NCBI GenBank assembly: GCA_052168235.1
Contig: JBQLZK010000035.1
Coordinates: 1 to 64,000 of the forward strand
Reading direction: 5' to 3'
From: Thainema sp.
GTDB taxonomy: Bacteria; Cyanobacteriota; Cyanobacteriia; Phormidesmidales; Phormidesmidaceae
Length of the DNA stretch: 64,000 nt
Under the pieces are notes generated by a model. The model did no database searches. It was not told the origin of the DNA and saw nothing but the letters and a program-made list of their open reading frames with translations. Of this stretch, positions 48,779 to 59,116 are shown one piece after another. The position numbers were made by a program, and so were the translations under genes. The stretch's first letter is position 1. Each line of letters begins with the position of its first letter.

Positions 48779-50782
48779 ATGGAGATTCCCCGCCTACACC
48801 CCGATACCGTTGAACTCGTCAAGCAGCGCACCGACATTGTTGATGTGGTGTCGGAGCATGTCGTGCTGAAAAAGCGCGGCAAGGATTTCTTAGGTCTTTG
48901 TCCGTTCCACGAAGACCGCAATCCCAGCTTCACCGTCAGCCCCACCAAGCAGTTTTACTACTGCTTTAGCTGCGGAGCTGGCGGCAACGCCATCAAGTTC
49001 CTGATGGAGCTGAATAAGCAGTCATTTAGCGATGTGGTGCTGGATTTAGCCAAGCGCTACCAGGTGCCCGTGCAGACAATGGAGCCGGAGCAGCGTCAGG
49101 AACTCCAGCGCCAGCTTTCACTGCGGGAACAGCTCTACGAGATTTTAGGATTAACGGCCAAGTTCTATGAACATGCGCTGCGGCAGCCCGATGGTAAAGC
49201 GGCGCTAGCTTATCTAGAACAGGAACGTTATTTAAACGAAGCCACAATTCAGGGATTTCAGTTTGGCTATGCACCGGGTGGCTGGCAGACGCTCTATGGT
49301 TATCTGGTCGAACAAAAACACTATCCGGTCGAGCTGGTCGAAAAAGCAGGGCTGATCATCCCGCGCAAAAATGGTGATGGCTATTATGACCGCTTCCGCG
49401 ATCGCATTATGATTCCGATTCGCGATCTGCAAAGCCGGGTGATTGGCTTTGGCGGACGGACGCTGAGCGGCGATGATCCGAAATACCTCAACTCCCCGGA
49501 AACGGAACTGTTTGATAAAGGTAAAACCTTATTTGGATTAGATAAGGCCCGAACTGCGATCGCAAAAGCTGACTGCGCCATTGTGGTGGAAGGCTACTTT
49601 GATGTGATTGCCCTGCACGCCAACGGCATTGAAAATGTGGTGGCCGCCCTGGGCACGGCGTTGAGCAAGGTGCAGGTCAAGCAGCTGCTACGCTACACCG
49701 AATCCAAGCAGGTTATCCTCAACTTTGATGCCGACGCTGCTGGCAATAAAGCGGCGGAGCGAGCGATTGGCGAAGTCGCCGATCTGGCTCATCAAGGCCA
49801 GGTGCAGCTGCGGATTCTCAATATCCCCGATGGCAAAGATCCAGACGAGTATCTGCAGAACTATTCAGCCGGGGAATATAAAGCGCTGGTGCGGGAAGCT
49901 CCCCTCTGGCTAGATTGGCAGATTCAGCGCATTCTGGTCGATAAAGATTTGAAGCAGGCTGATCACTTCCACTCAGCCACCCGTGAGGTGACGGCATTTT
50001 TGGCCGACATTGCCAGCGCTGATTTGCGGACACACTACATTCGCCAATGTGCCGAACGGTTCAGCCAGGGCGATAGTCGGCTCGTGCCGCTGCTGGCCGA
50101 TAATCTTTTGGCGCAGGTCCGGCGCAAGCGCCGCCGCGCTCCCGATGGCGCAGAAGACAAAACGCCACCTGCCATTTCCATCAGTCTGCTCGAACAGGCC
50201 GAAGCGGCCCTGCTCCAGCTCTATATTCATGCAGCTGATTCTCGCGCAGATGTCGCCCAAGCGCTGGAAGAGCGAGACTTGCAGTTTAACTTTTCCCATC
50301 ATCGGTTCTTGTGGAGGCAAATTTTAGAACTCCAGGATGAACTGGAGCAGGACAGTAACCCCCATCGGGCCGGAGCCGATCTAGTCATGCTCTTGCGCGA
50401 TCGCTGTGCAGAATTGCCCGATCAGCTCAATCAGGTGCAGCATTTGTTCTATCTGCACGAAAAAAGCAAGCGCGACATCCTACGCGGTTCCCTCGTGATC
50501 CGCGCCGCCGTGGCCTGTTTAGAGCGAACACTTTGTGAAAAGCGCTGCCGCTACTTTCTCCAGCTTTGGTCAGAAACCGACTGCGACACCGCCTTAGAGC
50601 TGTGCCAGTACTATCAGCAGCAAATCTACGCTGAGAAAAAGCGCATCGAAGAACTCGATCAGCAACGCTACGTCAGCTTTGAAGACATCGCTCAACTACC
50701 CTGGATCGGCGATTTTTACAGCGGTCTGGAATCAGGTGGAGAAGCTGAAGTTGTTATACCAACCGGAGCTGAGCCACTATAA
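48779..50782 (+). CDS. dnaG: DNA primase
   Basis: CPFH..CFSC zinc-binding domain, FRDRIMIPI, KYLNSPET, VEGYFDV and FDAD TOPRIM motifs. Confidence 0.99.
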   Translation: MEIPRLHPDTVELVKQRTDIVDVVSEHVVLKKRGKDFLGLCPFHEDRNPSFTVSPTKQFYYCFSCGAGGNAIKFLMELNKQSFSDVVLDLAKRYQVPVQTMEPEQRQELQRQLSLREQLYEILGLTAKFYEHALRQPDGKAALAYLEQERYLNEATIQGFQFGYAPGGWQTLYGYLVEQKHYPVELVEKAGLIIPRKNGDGYYDRFRDRIMIPIRDLQSRVIGFGGRTLSGDDPKYLNSPETELFDKGKTLFGLDKARTAIAKADCAIVVEGYFDVIALHANGIENVVAALGTALSKVQVKQLLRYTESKQVILNFDADAAGNKAAERAIGEVADLAHQGQVQLRILNIPDGKDPDEYLQNYSAGEYKALVREAPLWLDWQIQRILVDKDLKQADHFHSATREVTAFLADIASADLRTHYIRQCAERFSQGDSRLVPLLADNLLAQVRRKRRRAPDGAEDKTPPAISISLLEQAEAALLQLYIHAADSRADVAQALEERDLQFNFSHHRFLWRQILELQDELEQDSNPHRAGADLVMLLRDRCAELPDQLNQVQHLFYLHEKSKRDILRGSLVIRAAVACLERTLCEKRCRYFLQLWSETDCDTALELCQYYQQQIYAEKKRIEELDQQRYVSFEDIAQLPWIGDFYSGLESGGEAEVVIPTGAEPL

Positions 50783-51077
50783 AAATTAGTCAGGATAATA
50801 ACGTAGATTGCAGATGCTCTCTCATCTCAATAACGAGTCAAGAACTATCGATATTGCGCAGTTACATCGAATACTACGGATCGCTCTATACCCCTGACTC
50901 TCTACTCGTCATTCCTTACCATCTGCTTCACAGAACGTAATAAAATCAACGCATTTCCGGTCATCTCACCCCTTAGACTTAACTAATGGATTAAGAAACG
51001 TATTGATAAACATCCGTGCTGCAACGCCGGATTGAATCCAAAGTCATCTAGCCAGCTTTCAATTTATCGATAAGACT

Positions 51078-52064
51078 ATGTTCCCCATTCAGCGTCCTCG
51101 TCGTCTCCGCAGCCACCCCCAACTCCGGCGCATGGTGCGTGAAACAATCGTCACCACCAATGATCTGATCTATCCTCTGTTTGCGGTTGCCGGAGAAGGC
51201 ATCGCCCAAGAAGTGAAGTCGATGCCGGGTGTCTACCAGCTTTCCATCGACAAGATTGTTGAGGAAGCTAAGGAAGTCTACGATCTCGGTATTTCCGCCA
51301 TCATTCTGTTTGGCATTCCCGCCGATAAAGATACAGAGGCCACGGGCGCATGGCACGACCACGGCATCGTTCAGGAAGCATCCCGTGCGGTTAAAGAGGC
51401 AGTGCCTGACCTGATCGTGATTGTGGACACCTGCCTGTGTGAGTACACCTCCCACGGTCACTGCGGCTACTTGGAAGTCGGTGATTTGACTGGACGGGTA
51501 CTGAACGATCCAACGCTGGAACTGCTGAAGAAAACCGCTGTTTCCCAAGCCAAAGCAGGCGCGGACATCATTGCGCCCTCCGGCATGATGGACGGCTTTG
51601 TGCAGGCGATTCGCTCCGGTTTAGACGAAGCTGGATTTACCCATATTCCCATCCTGTCTTACGCGGCCAAATACGCCTCGGCTTACTATGGCCCCTTTCG
51701 CGATGCGGCTGATTCGGCTCCTCAATTTGGCGATCGCAGAACTTATCAAATGGATCCCGGCAACGGCAGAGAAGCGATTAAAGAAATTGAACTCGACGTG
51801 GCCGAAGGCGCAGACATGCTGATGGTCAAGCCTGCCCTGGCCTACATGGACATCATCTGGCGGGTGAAAGAAGCCTCGAATCTACCCGTTGCGGCCTACA
51901 ACGTATCGGGCGAATACTCGATGGTGAAAGCCGCTGCTCTCAACGGTTGGGTTGATGAAGAGAAAGTTGTCATGGAAACGATGACCAGCTTCAAGCGCTC
52001 CGGTGCTGACTTGATTCTCACCTACCACGCCAAAGATGTCGCTCGCTGGCTAGCTGCCAAATAG
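51078..52064 (+). CDS. hemB: Porphobilinogen synthase
   Basis: [28 protein letters not shown] and AAYNVSGEY motifs. Confidence 0.99.
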   Translation: MFPIQRPRRLRSHPQLRRMVRETIVTTNDLIYPLFAVAGEGIAQEVKSMPGVYQLSIDKIVEEAKEVYDLGISAIILFGIPADKDTEATGAWHDHGIVQEASRAVKEAVPDLIVIVDTCLCEYTSHGHCGYLEVGDLTGRVLNDPTLELLKKTAVSQAKAGADIIAPSGMMDGFVQAIRSGLDEAGFTHIPILSYAAKYASAYYGPFRDAADSAPQFGDRRTYQMDPGNGREAIKEIELDVAEGADMLMVKPALAYMDIIWRVKEASNLPVAAYNVSGEYSMVKAAALNGWVDEEKVVMETMTSFKRSGADLILTYHAKDVARWLAAK

Positions 52065-52145
52065 TTTTCCGTAGATTGCATTCGCGCAGCAATGCACCAC
52101 ACTAGGAAGAGTTGCAATATCAATTAAGCTTGCGTCTACCAAGCT

Positions 52146-52234
52146 CCTAGAGAATGCGGATTTAATTAAGGTGAAATCTTTAAGGTAGGGATACGGCAAT
52201 GCCGTGTCCCTACTAATTAATCCACAATCCTAAG
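52146..52234. mobile_element. Uninterrupted REP-containing miniature element
   Basis: Imperfect inverted ends CCTAGAGAATGCGGATTTAATT and AATTAATCCACAATCCTAAG enclosing GTAGGGATACGGCAATGCCGTGTCCCTAC. Confidence 0.7.
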
Positions 52235-52236
52235 AG

Positions 52237-52278
52237 CAAAAGAAGCCGGATGGTCTCCATTCCATCCGGCTTCTTTTG
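52237..52278. terminator. Bidirectional terminator between hemB and the ParR-like gene
   Basis: CAAAAGAAGCCGGATGG/CCATCCGGCTTCTTTTG stem. Confidence 0.85.
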
Positions 52279-52287
52279 TTTAGAACC

Positions 52288-52554
52288 TTATGCACCAATC
52301 AAATCATCCAGTTCATCTAGGGCCTCACAGGTTGGAGCAGTGCTAGCACTAGTTCGCGCTGATGGCATCGGTCGAGCACCCATCGCAGGCGCACCAGCAG
52401 AAAACTGAGGAGTGCGGGCGTACAGGTAATCATCGGAGTAGCGGCGAAAGACGGCTTCCACCGCAGCGCGAGCATTTTTGAGTCCCCATTCAGCGGCGAT
52501 CTGCTCGGCTTTTTCGATTACATCTCGGCTGAGTCTTACTTTGTTGTCATGCAT
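52288..52554 (-). CDS. ParR-like small protein (predicted ribbon-helix-helix, linker, acidic C-terminal helix)
   Basis: KVRLS strand, helices RDVIEKAEQIAAEWG and NARAAVEAVFRRY, tail EALDELDDLIGA; overlaps the upstream actin-like gene by 19 nt. Confidence 0.75.
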   Translation of the reverse strand: MHDNKVRLSRDVIEKAEQIAAEWGLKNARAAVEAVFRRYSDDYLYARTPQFSAGAPAMGARPMPSARTSASTAPTCEALDELDDLIGA

Positions 52555-53588
52555 AGCTGAGTATCTTGAGAAAGTAAAAATAAACCACGAACATTAGCAA
52601 ACTGAGGATCGCCCATTACAGTAAACAGCTTGCGTCCCGCCAGTCGCTCTGTAATTAAGTGAGAGCCGCCACCTGTCACTAAGAAGCGGGTCACCCGCGC
52701 CATATAGGGCGTGTATTGGGCTTTCACAGTTTGAAAAATACCTTTGAACCACGGATCGAGATGCTCATCCAGCCAGTCTGACCAGGATAGACCCGTATCC
52801 GCATACACGTGATCAACTCGAAACCCGTCCATCACGATGCTGGGATCAGCACTGGTGCCTAGCGCCATCGTTAACCGCTTGTCAAAGCTGATCGAAGTCG
52901 CTAGCTCATAGGTGCCGCCACGATTCATCACGTTTTCATCAATCACGTCACCTTCCGCATCAATCAACCGCGTTAGCCAGGTGCCGCCGCCGATATCGAC
53001 CACAATCGTGTAGCCGCTATCGGGGATTTGGCCCTCTTTTCTGGCGTGATAGTAGGCACCCATACCTTCCCGCGCGACGGTAATGGTTTGGACATCAACC
53101 TTGAATTGAATACCATTGCGGACGAATTCGTGCTTGCCTAAAAGCTGCTCTTGAATGGCTTTGCCATGCTTCGCGGGTTCAGGCGTTGAAAGGTATAAGT
53201 CCAACGGAAATTCTGAAACAACACCATTGATTGGCTCCAAGCAGGCGTAGAGATGGAGACGGGCCAGTTCAACTTTGTTTTCAATCACCGTTTGCTGCTG
53301 ACGACGATATTTGTAGGCTTGGGCACCAAAGTGATGACGGCTACCATCGGCTAGCTCAATCAGCGGCGAAGCGTCAGAACAGCGAACGGCATCGCGACCT
53401 TTGGGCAACTGATAGCGAACCGAACGAATCGCTTTGGGATGCCCGGTGCCGTCATAAAATTTGAGGTCATAATTGCCAGCGTCTAGGGCGAGGATGCGAG
53501 TTGTTTCGGTAGAATTAGGCAAATTCTCTGAGGCAGAGGACGCACTTTTAGTTGTGGTAGTCTTTCTCTGTCGGGTTGCTGTTGTCAT
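52536..53588 (-). CDS. ParM/StbA-family actin-like ATPase
   Basis: Phosphate-1 LALDAGNYDLK, connect-1 REGMGAY, phosphate-2 VVDIGGGT, adenosine VTGGGS and connect-2 PQFANVRG. Confidence 0.92.
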   Translation of the reverse strand: MTTATRQRKTTTTKSASSASENLPNSTETTRILALDAGNYDLKFYDGTGHPKAIRSVRYQLPKGRDAVRCSDASPLIELADGSRHHFGAQAYKYRRQQQTVIENKVELARLHLYACLEPINGVVSEFPLDLYLSTPEPAKHGKAIQEQLLGKHEFVRNGIQFKVDVQTITVAREGMGAYYHARKEGQIPDSGYTIVVDIGGGTWLTRLIDAEGDVIDENVMNRGGTYELATSISFDKRLTMALGTSADPSIVMDGFRVDHVYADTGLSWSDWLDEHLDPWFKGIFQTVKAQYTPYMARVTRFLVTGGGSHLITERLAGRKLFTVMGDPQFANVRGLFLLSQDTQLCMTTK

Positions 53589-53812
53589 TGGTTATTCCCT
53601 GAATCCAATTGTGGAGGTTTGTCCCCAATTAGTACACTTGAACTATATCGCATCTCACGGTTAGGTCAAGCCTTAACTAAAATTTTTTCGGCTAAAGCAA
53701 TTTCCTATCCCTAGCTAGAGAGCTTGCGAGGCTAATTCCTGGTAGGCTTTCCTGAGATTCTGAAAACTGATAATTGGTTTGAAGTTTTGTTAACGAGTTG
53801 GGTGAGGATCAA

Positions 53813-54118
53813 ATGGATGCAGGCGCGATCGCAGCTATCGTTTACGGAGTATTAACCTTTGTCGGCGGCATCATTGGCTATGTCCAGGCCAAAAGTACAC
53901 CGTCGCTGATTTCAGGCGTAATCAGCGGGATTTTGCTGATTGCAGGCGGTATTTTGTCTCTCAATGGTGTTGCCTGGGCTGAAACCGCTGCACTGGTTAT
54001 TACCGTACTGTTAGTAATCGTTTTTGCTTGGCGATTGATCAAAACCAAGCGATTTTTTCCAGCAGGGTTAATGACAGCTGCGGGGATTGCGGCCATTATC
54101 GTGATGCTGGCAGGCTAG
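53813..54118 (+). CDS. TMEM14-family small membrane protein
   Basis: YGVL..GGIIGYVQAKSTPSLISG and F.PAGLM motifs. Confidence 0.9.
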   Translation: MDAGAIAAIVYGVLTFVGGIIGYVQAKSTPSLISGVISGILLIAGGILSLNGVAWAETAALVITVLLVIVFAWRLIKTKRFFPAGLMTAAGIAAIIVMLAG

Positions 54119-54250
54119 AACGGTTCGTCTGATTACAGGTGGTATAGGGGCGGGTTTTGGTGTTAGGTGATCGATTAAACCTGACAATGTATCGGCTAAA
54201 CCCGCCCATAAAAGGGTGTATCAACAAATTCATGCAATCAAGGGCAGATT

Positions 54251-55066
54251 ATGGGATTAAAAATCACTCAGGTCGATGCGTTCACGAATCAGCCATTTGC
54301 CGGCAATCCCGCCGCTGTCTGTGTTCAATCTGAACCGTTAGATGAATCGCTGATGCAAGCGATCGCACTTGAGATGAATTTGTCTGAAACCGCTTTTCTT
54401 TGGCCCTTGGCAGACGGGTTTAGTTTGCGCTGGTTTACGCCTGCCACCGAAGTGGATTTGTGTGGTCACGCTACCTTAGCCAGTGCCCACACGCTATGGA
54501 CAGAGGGTCATTTACCGACGGATCAAACGGCTCGGTTTCAGACCCGCAGTGGCTTATTGACAGCAACGCTCAAAAACGACTGGATAGAGCTAAATTTTCC
54601 CGCCCAGCCAGCAGCGGAATACCGCGTTTTGCCCGAACTCATCAAAGCTCTAGGTGGCATCAGCGTGGTCTACGTTGGCAAAAACCGGAATGATTATCTA
54701 CTGGTTGAAGTTCGCTCCGAAACAGAAGTCAAAGCGCTACGGCCAGATTTTGGCTTGCTGAAAACGTTGCCTGTGCATGGCGTAATTGTCACCAGTCAGG
54801 CGGAAGCGGGCAAAGACTACGACTTTGTCTCCCGCTTTTTTGCCCCTGCGTATGGCATCAACGAAGATCCGGTAACGGGTTCGGCACACTGCTGTCTCGC
54901 CCCCTACTGGCAGGCTAAATTGGGTAAGAATGAAATGCTGGGCTATCAGGTTTCGAGCCGGGGTGGTCTCGTGAAAGTCAGATGTGATGCAGGTAGCAAA
55001 GATCGTGATCGCGTTTGCCTCAGCGGTCAAGCCGTCACCGTGATGAAAGCGGACTTAATGTGCTAG
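54251..55066 (+). CDS. PhzF family epimerase/isomerase
   Basis: QVDAF..FAGNPAAV, MNLSETAF, EVDLCGHATLA and EDPVTGSAH motifs. Confidence 0.95.
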   Translation: MGLKITQVDAFTNQPFAGNPAAVCVQSEPLDESLMQAIALEMNLSETAFLWPLADGFSLRWFTPATEVDLCGHATLASAHTLWTEGHLPTDQTARFQTRSGLLTATLKNDWIELNFPAQPAAEYRVLPELIKALGGISVVYVGKNRNDYLLVEVRSETEVKALRPDFGLLKTLPVHGVIVTSQAEAGKDYDFVSRFFAPAYGINEDPVTGSAHCCLAPYWQAKLGKNEMLGYQVSSRGGLVKVRCDAGSKDRDRVCLSGQAVTVMKADLMC

Positions 55067-55094
55067 AAGGCTATCTAGTGCTGTGTCAAATCAG

Positions 55095-55143
55095 TTTTGA
55101 TGGTTGATATGTCGCGTTTTGCGCGACATATCAACCATCAAAA
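55095..55143. repeat. Perfect 22-bp inverted repeat (possible terminator)
   Basis: TTTTGATGGTTGATATGTCGCG-TTTTG-CGCGACATATCAACCATCAAAA. Confidence 0.8.
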
Positions 55144-55196
55144 AACTACCCAAACAACGTTGACAAACCACTAATGCCGTACAGAATCTAATATCC

Positions 55197-55529
55197 ATGA
55201 GAGCAAGACTTGAGAATGAGGTCATTTATCTACATCAAGACGATGTGCCTCAGTACAAGAAGAAGGGCTCAGTCGTTCGCAACACGTTTTTCTGGGCGCT
55301 ACAGTCCATTGCCGGACGCGCCAGATTCGATGAAGATTGGGAGTTTGAATCAGAAGTTTGGATTGCGCTCGGCCGCATGTTAATGCACTTCACGGAGTCA
55401 GGATATCTCGGTTATTCAGAAACCACCTTGGAATTTCCCTACGAGACAGAAATTCCCAGCGTTTTACGAGATGTTGCAACCTGGACAGCATCGGAGGATC
55501 AGCTCGAAGACGAGCTAGAAGGAACTTGA
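55197..55529 (+). CDS. Hypothetical protein
   Basis: 110-aa ORF; TTGACA at 55160 with a plausibly spaced CAGAAT -10 upstream. Confidence 0.75.
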   Translation: MRARLENEVIYLHQDDVPQYKKKGSVVRNTFFWALQSIAGRARFDEDWEFESEVWIALGRMLMHFTESGYLGYSETTLEFPYETEIPSVLRDVATWTASEDQLEDELEGT

Positions 55530-56611
55530 CCCGATCCCGAGATTTACCAATTACTCAAGCTTGATTAGCCGCAACGTCACAAAACTGCCATAGCTAATTC
55601 GCTAGTGATGTACTAACGATTTGCGATCGCAACATCATCTTTAAGCGGGAGCAAGCATTTTTTGACCGACTAATGTATTCGCAAATAGTTTGCCAAAAAA
55701 TAAAATCAGTAAGTTATAACCCTTACATCAACGCGATTTGAGTTATTTTCTTGTCAGATAAATTGGCGGGAGCTACATCGCTTTTTTGCCCTTGGGACAA
55801 CCCTTTTGATAGATGCGAATTCATTCATTAAGTCTAATGTTGAACTAGTTCAAAAACGAACTCGCAATAGACTGATTCGCCTATGCAAGCAATATATTTT
55901 CAGCATTTATTCGCTTTAGACGTGATTAATGGCCCAATTAGGCTTTTTCTAAGGCTTTAGTACCGAAGTCTTATGCAATTTGTAAAGGCTTTATAAGAGT
56001 TGAAGATGGCTTCATCAAAGTAGCTCTTATAAATCTTTTAGGGTTATGACATATGAAAATGGGACGGAATTACCGACGTAAAAACCAACACCTATGGTGC
56101 GACAGTACTGGGATATTCACTTAATCTTTAAATATGAGACGAAGAATATTGAAGTCATCAAGTCAGTTCATTGTTTAGAGAAGGGTGAATAGAGTTCTGG
56201 TCTGCATTTGAATGCAGTCTGCGCTATTTGTGACTTCAACATCAATATTCTGGTTCCCAATGAACCGAGAGGTTATTCAAATTTTGAAAAAGGTTGGTTG
56301 GTTTATTTGATTCTCTTAAAGATGCTGCTTTTTTCTAGTCAGCGTTAATACTGAAACATTAGGCTTTTGCTAGCGGTTGCGTCGAACCATGCATTTTCGC
56401 ATCGATAAGCCCACTGTAAGAGTGCTGAAAGAGTGCTAACAAGAATGTTGAGCCACGAAGCCAGTATTTAGCCGCAGTTAGCTGATTAATAATTTCTTCA
56501 CAGTCAATCCACTTAGACGCTCGGTTTTGCTGTGTTATTAGCCATCAGCTTAGCCATCAAAAACTATCTATTTTATTTTTGCTATTGATTAAAGACTATG
56601 GTGCGTTAGAT

Positions 56612-57376
56612 ATGGTCAACTATCTTAAGAAACATTCTACTTCTGGCGTTTCTAGCATTCTGGGGACTTTATCTATTGCAGCCTCTATTGCGGCGAGTCT
56701 AACGGGATTAGGTGGCTCATTTGCAGCAGAGGCCATCCCGCTCACGTCAGTGTCAGGTACCTGGTCAGATCCGCAAGACGGCACCGATATTCTCTACGTC
56801 GAGCAAGATGGGGCTAGCCAAATTTTCTGGGGAGAAGCCAGGTTTGAACAACTAGGCCAAAGTGGGCTCAGTTTTCTCGGCAATCAAAACATTGAAATTG
56901 AAACGGAGGAGGCATTTCGGGTGGGTCAGCTGACCCACTTCAATATGCCCGTTATCACCGGCACAGCCGTTAGTGCTGTTGATCTAACGATTAGCCTAAT
57001 CCTGGGCGACATTAGTCAATCCAACGCGTTTGAATTCGTTTTTAGCATCGAAGAAACACCCAATGGGACAGTTGAAGAGTGTCCCTATATTGGCATTCCA
57101 CCCTGCCCGGATCGGATTTCTTGGACAAGCCTAACGTCTTCAGACACCATTACGATCGATGGTCAAGCCTATATTCTTGAGCTTTTGGGATTTCAAGATC
57201 CAGTCACGGGTGCTTACGAAGACGGTTTCATCTCTCAAGAAGGCAGCAGTAATCAATCCCTGTTATACGGCCAACTCGTTTTAGCGCCGCCGAGCCGATC
57301 TGTGCCTGAACCAGGTATATGGATGGGGCTTGCTTCTGTGGCTGCATATGGTGTTTACCGTTGGCGTCGCTCGTGA
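56612..57376 (+). CDS. PEP-CTERM sorted surface protein (THxN/choice-of-anchor K-like)
   Basis: N-terminal signal, LTHFN motif, C-terminal VPEP, TM helix and basic tail YRWRRS. Confidence 0.85.
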   Translation: MVNYLKKHSTSGVSSILGTLSIAASIAASLTGLGGSFAAEAIPLTSVSGTWSDPQDGTDILYVEQDGASQIFWGEARFEQLGQSGLSFLGNQNIEIETEEAFRVGQLTHFNMPVITGTAVSAVDLTISLILGDISQSNAFEFVFSIEETPNGTVEECPYIGIPPCPDRISWTSLTSSDTITIDGQAYILELLGFQDPVTGAYEDGFISQEGSSNQSLLYGQLVLAPPSRSVPEPGIWMGLASVAAYGVYRWRRS

Positions 57377-57414
57377 AGACGCAATCGTGAAGACGCAATC
57401 GTGAAGATGCAGTC
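57371..57414 (+). repeat. 14-bp tandem repeat, three copies
   Basis: TCGTGAAGACGCAA twice plus a degenerate third copy, spanning the PEP-CTERM stop codon. Confidence 0.85.
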
Positions 57415-57430
57415 GATGTTTCACTTCGCC

Positions 57431-57901
57431 TTAACTCAGCTTGGCGCTGCATTCTAGAATCATGCGCTGATTTTCTAAGTTGTAAGGCTGTACTTCAAGC
57501 GCCTGGTGAAAGGCATCAATCGCGAGCTTGTATTCGCCCAGTGCGGCATAACACAGCCCCAGACCGTGTAGTGCCCCAAAATGGATGGGCACCAGATCAA
57601 TAACTTTTAGGCAATCTGCGATCGCAACCCGATAGCGACGCTGAATGTAATAGAGCACGGCTCGCCGATTCCAGGCTTCAGCAAAATCGGGCTGGTCGCG
57701 CACCACTTCCGTCAACACCTGCTCGGCTTCCGTGAGTCGCCTGGCCTCCATCAGCATTTGGGCCCGCATCAGCTGCTGGTAGCCATACATTCCCTTCTGC
57801 TGAAACCACAGTTCCCACAGCTGTTCTGTAGCGCGATCGCGAACCTCTGAGTCGGCACTCTTAAGCTGTTCAAGTAAAAGCTGCGTTTGTGGATCATTCA
57901 T
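57431..57901 (-). CDS. TPR repeat protein
   Basis: PDFAEAWNRRA and HFGALHGLGLCY motifs. Confidence 0.9.
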   Translation of the reverse strand: MNDPQTQLLLEQLKSADSEVRDRATEQLWELWFQQKGMYGYQQLMRAQMLMEARRLTEAEQVLTEVVRDQPDFAEAWNRRAVLYYIQRRYRVAIADCLKVIDLVPIHFGALHGLGLCYAALGEYKLAIDAFHQALEVQPYNLENQRMILECSAKLS

Positions 57902-58086
57902 GAGATGAGTAAATGGTGAGATAGGTCTAGTGGGTTCTGTTAATCTGAGATCGCGTCGTCGAAGCTAAGAATGCTCCCCAAAATAGCAGGCTCAGACATT
58001 AGTAGTTGGTGAGAATATCCAGGTTGTCCAGGAATATATCCAGGTAATGAATTTTGAGAATTACTTACCAGTTTAGCGGTGAGGGC

Positions 58087-58869
58087 TTAGCTGTTCATGA
58101 ACCAGCCCAGCACCAAAACAACTAGAGTCAGGATCAAGAACCAAAGAAGCGATTGAAACGAAAACTGAATACCGGCCCCTTTAGGTGTTTCGGGCAGGAT
58201 GTTTTGCAGCAAATTTTGGACAAATCGAGCAACCGGAACCCGCTGTGTCCAATGAACGCGTTCAATGATAAACGTACAGTTAACCAAATAGCGGTAGCTC
58301 GGTTCAGGATAGCGGGCAGATTGGGGTTGATGCAGCAAGAGCTGGAGAGAAAAGGTAAGCTGTTCGTAGCGGGAGAGATTTTTTGCGATCGCAAGATTGA
58401 CCAGTGGCACTTTGTTGATCAGCGCATTGCTGCTAGCCTGCGGATCGCGCTGAAACGTATTTTCCGCCGTGATCATTTCCTGTAGCGTCTGCTTGGGATG
58501 CACAATGCTCGGCACCTGCGATTGAGACAAATCAATCGGCATACCCGCTGGCAGCCGCACAACCCGTTTAGTTTGCCGCTTCAAATCAGTGACAGCACAA
58601 TAGTCCCAATCGATATAGAGCGGGACAGTGTGCGACAAGTTTCGCATTGCAATGGCCAGCGCATTTAGCGGCTCAAACCCATAAAACGGGCGAAACTTAA
58701 AGTCAATCGCAATTAAATCAATTAAATCATTCCGCTCCAGTTCAGCCTGTAGAGCCTTACGATCTAAGCGAATAGTGACCTGATCCTTGAGCGAATCGAT
58801 GGCACGGAAAAAAACCAGCACAATGCAGGTTAAATAGACCATCAAAATAATGAAATCGCGATCGCTCAT
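58087..58869 (-). CDS. Hypothetical membrane protein (TM at both ends)
   Basis: N- and C-terminal hydrophobic helices; YIDWD segment. Confidence 0.7.
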   Translation of the reverse strand: MSDRDFIILMVYLTCIVLVFFRAIDSLKDQVTIRLDRKALQAELERNDLIDLIAIDFKFRPFYGFEPLNALAIAMRNLSHTVPLYIDWDYCAVTDLKRQTKRVVRLPAGMPIDLSQSQVPSIVHPKQTLQEMITAENTFQRDPQASSNALINKVPLVNLAIAKNLSRYEQLTFSLQLLLHQPQSARYPEPSYRYLVNCTFIIERVHWTQRVPVARFVQNLLQNILPETPKGAGIQFSFQSLLWFLILTLVVLVLGWFMNS

Positions 58870-59116
58870 ACTCGGCACATCGCTGGCATCAACTGGGAAC
58901 TGACAACGCCTTTGTCGTAACACATCACAGGTTCATTCATTGAGACCTGTAGCGAAATCGTAACTGTAATTCCCAAGCTCACCTAAACTTAATTTCTACC
59001 TTAACCAATAGACCAATAAAATGAGGATGTAACAGACCTGGCTTACTTTGGTAAGATCGGCCTGGATATGCTTTCGGGTCAAGTTATCGAGCCGTCACTA
59101 CACATCGCATTCAATT

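Noticed and set aside
53589..53812. parC centromere upstream of the ParM-like gene
   Set aside because: No tandem direct repeats are visible by eye; a degenerate site cannot be excluded.
58982..59007. Pho box upstream of sphR
   Set aside because: The CTTAA-type units are 12 bp apart rather than the 11-bp period, and no clear third repeat exists.
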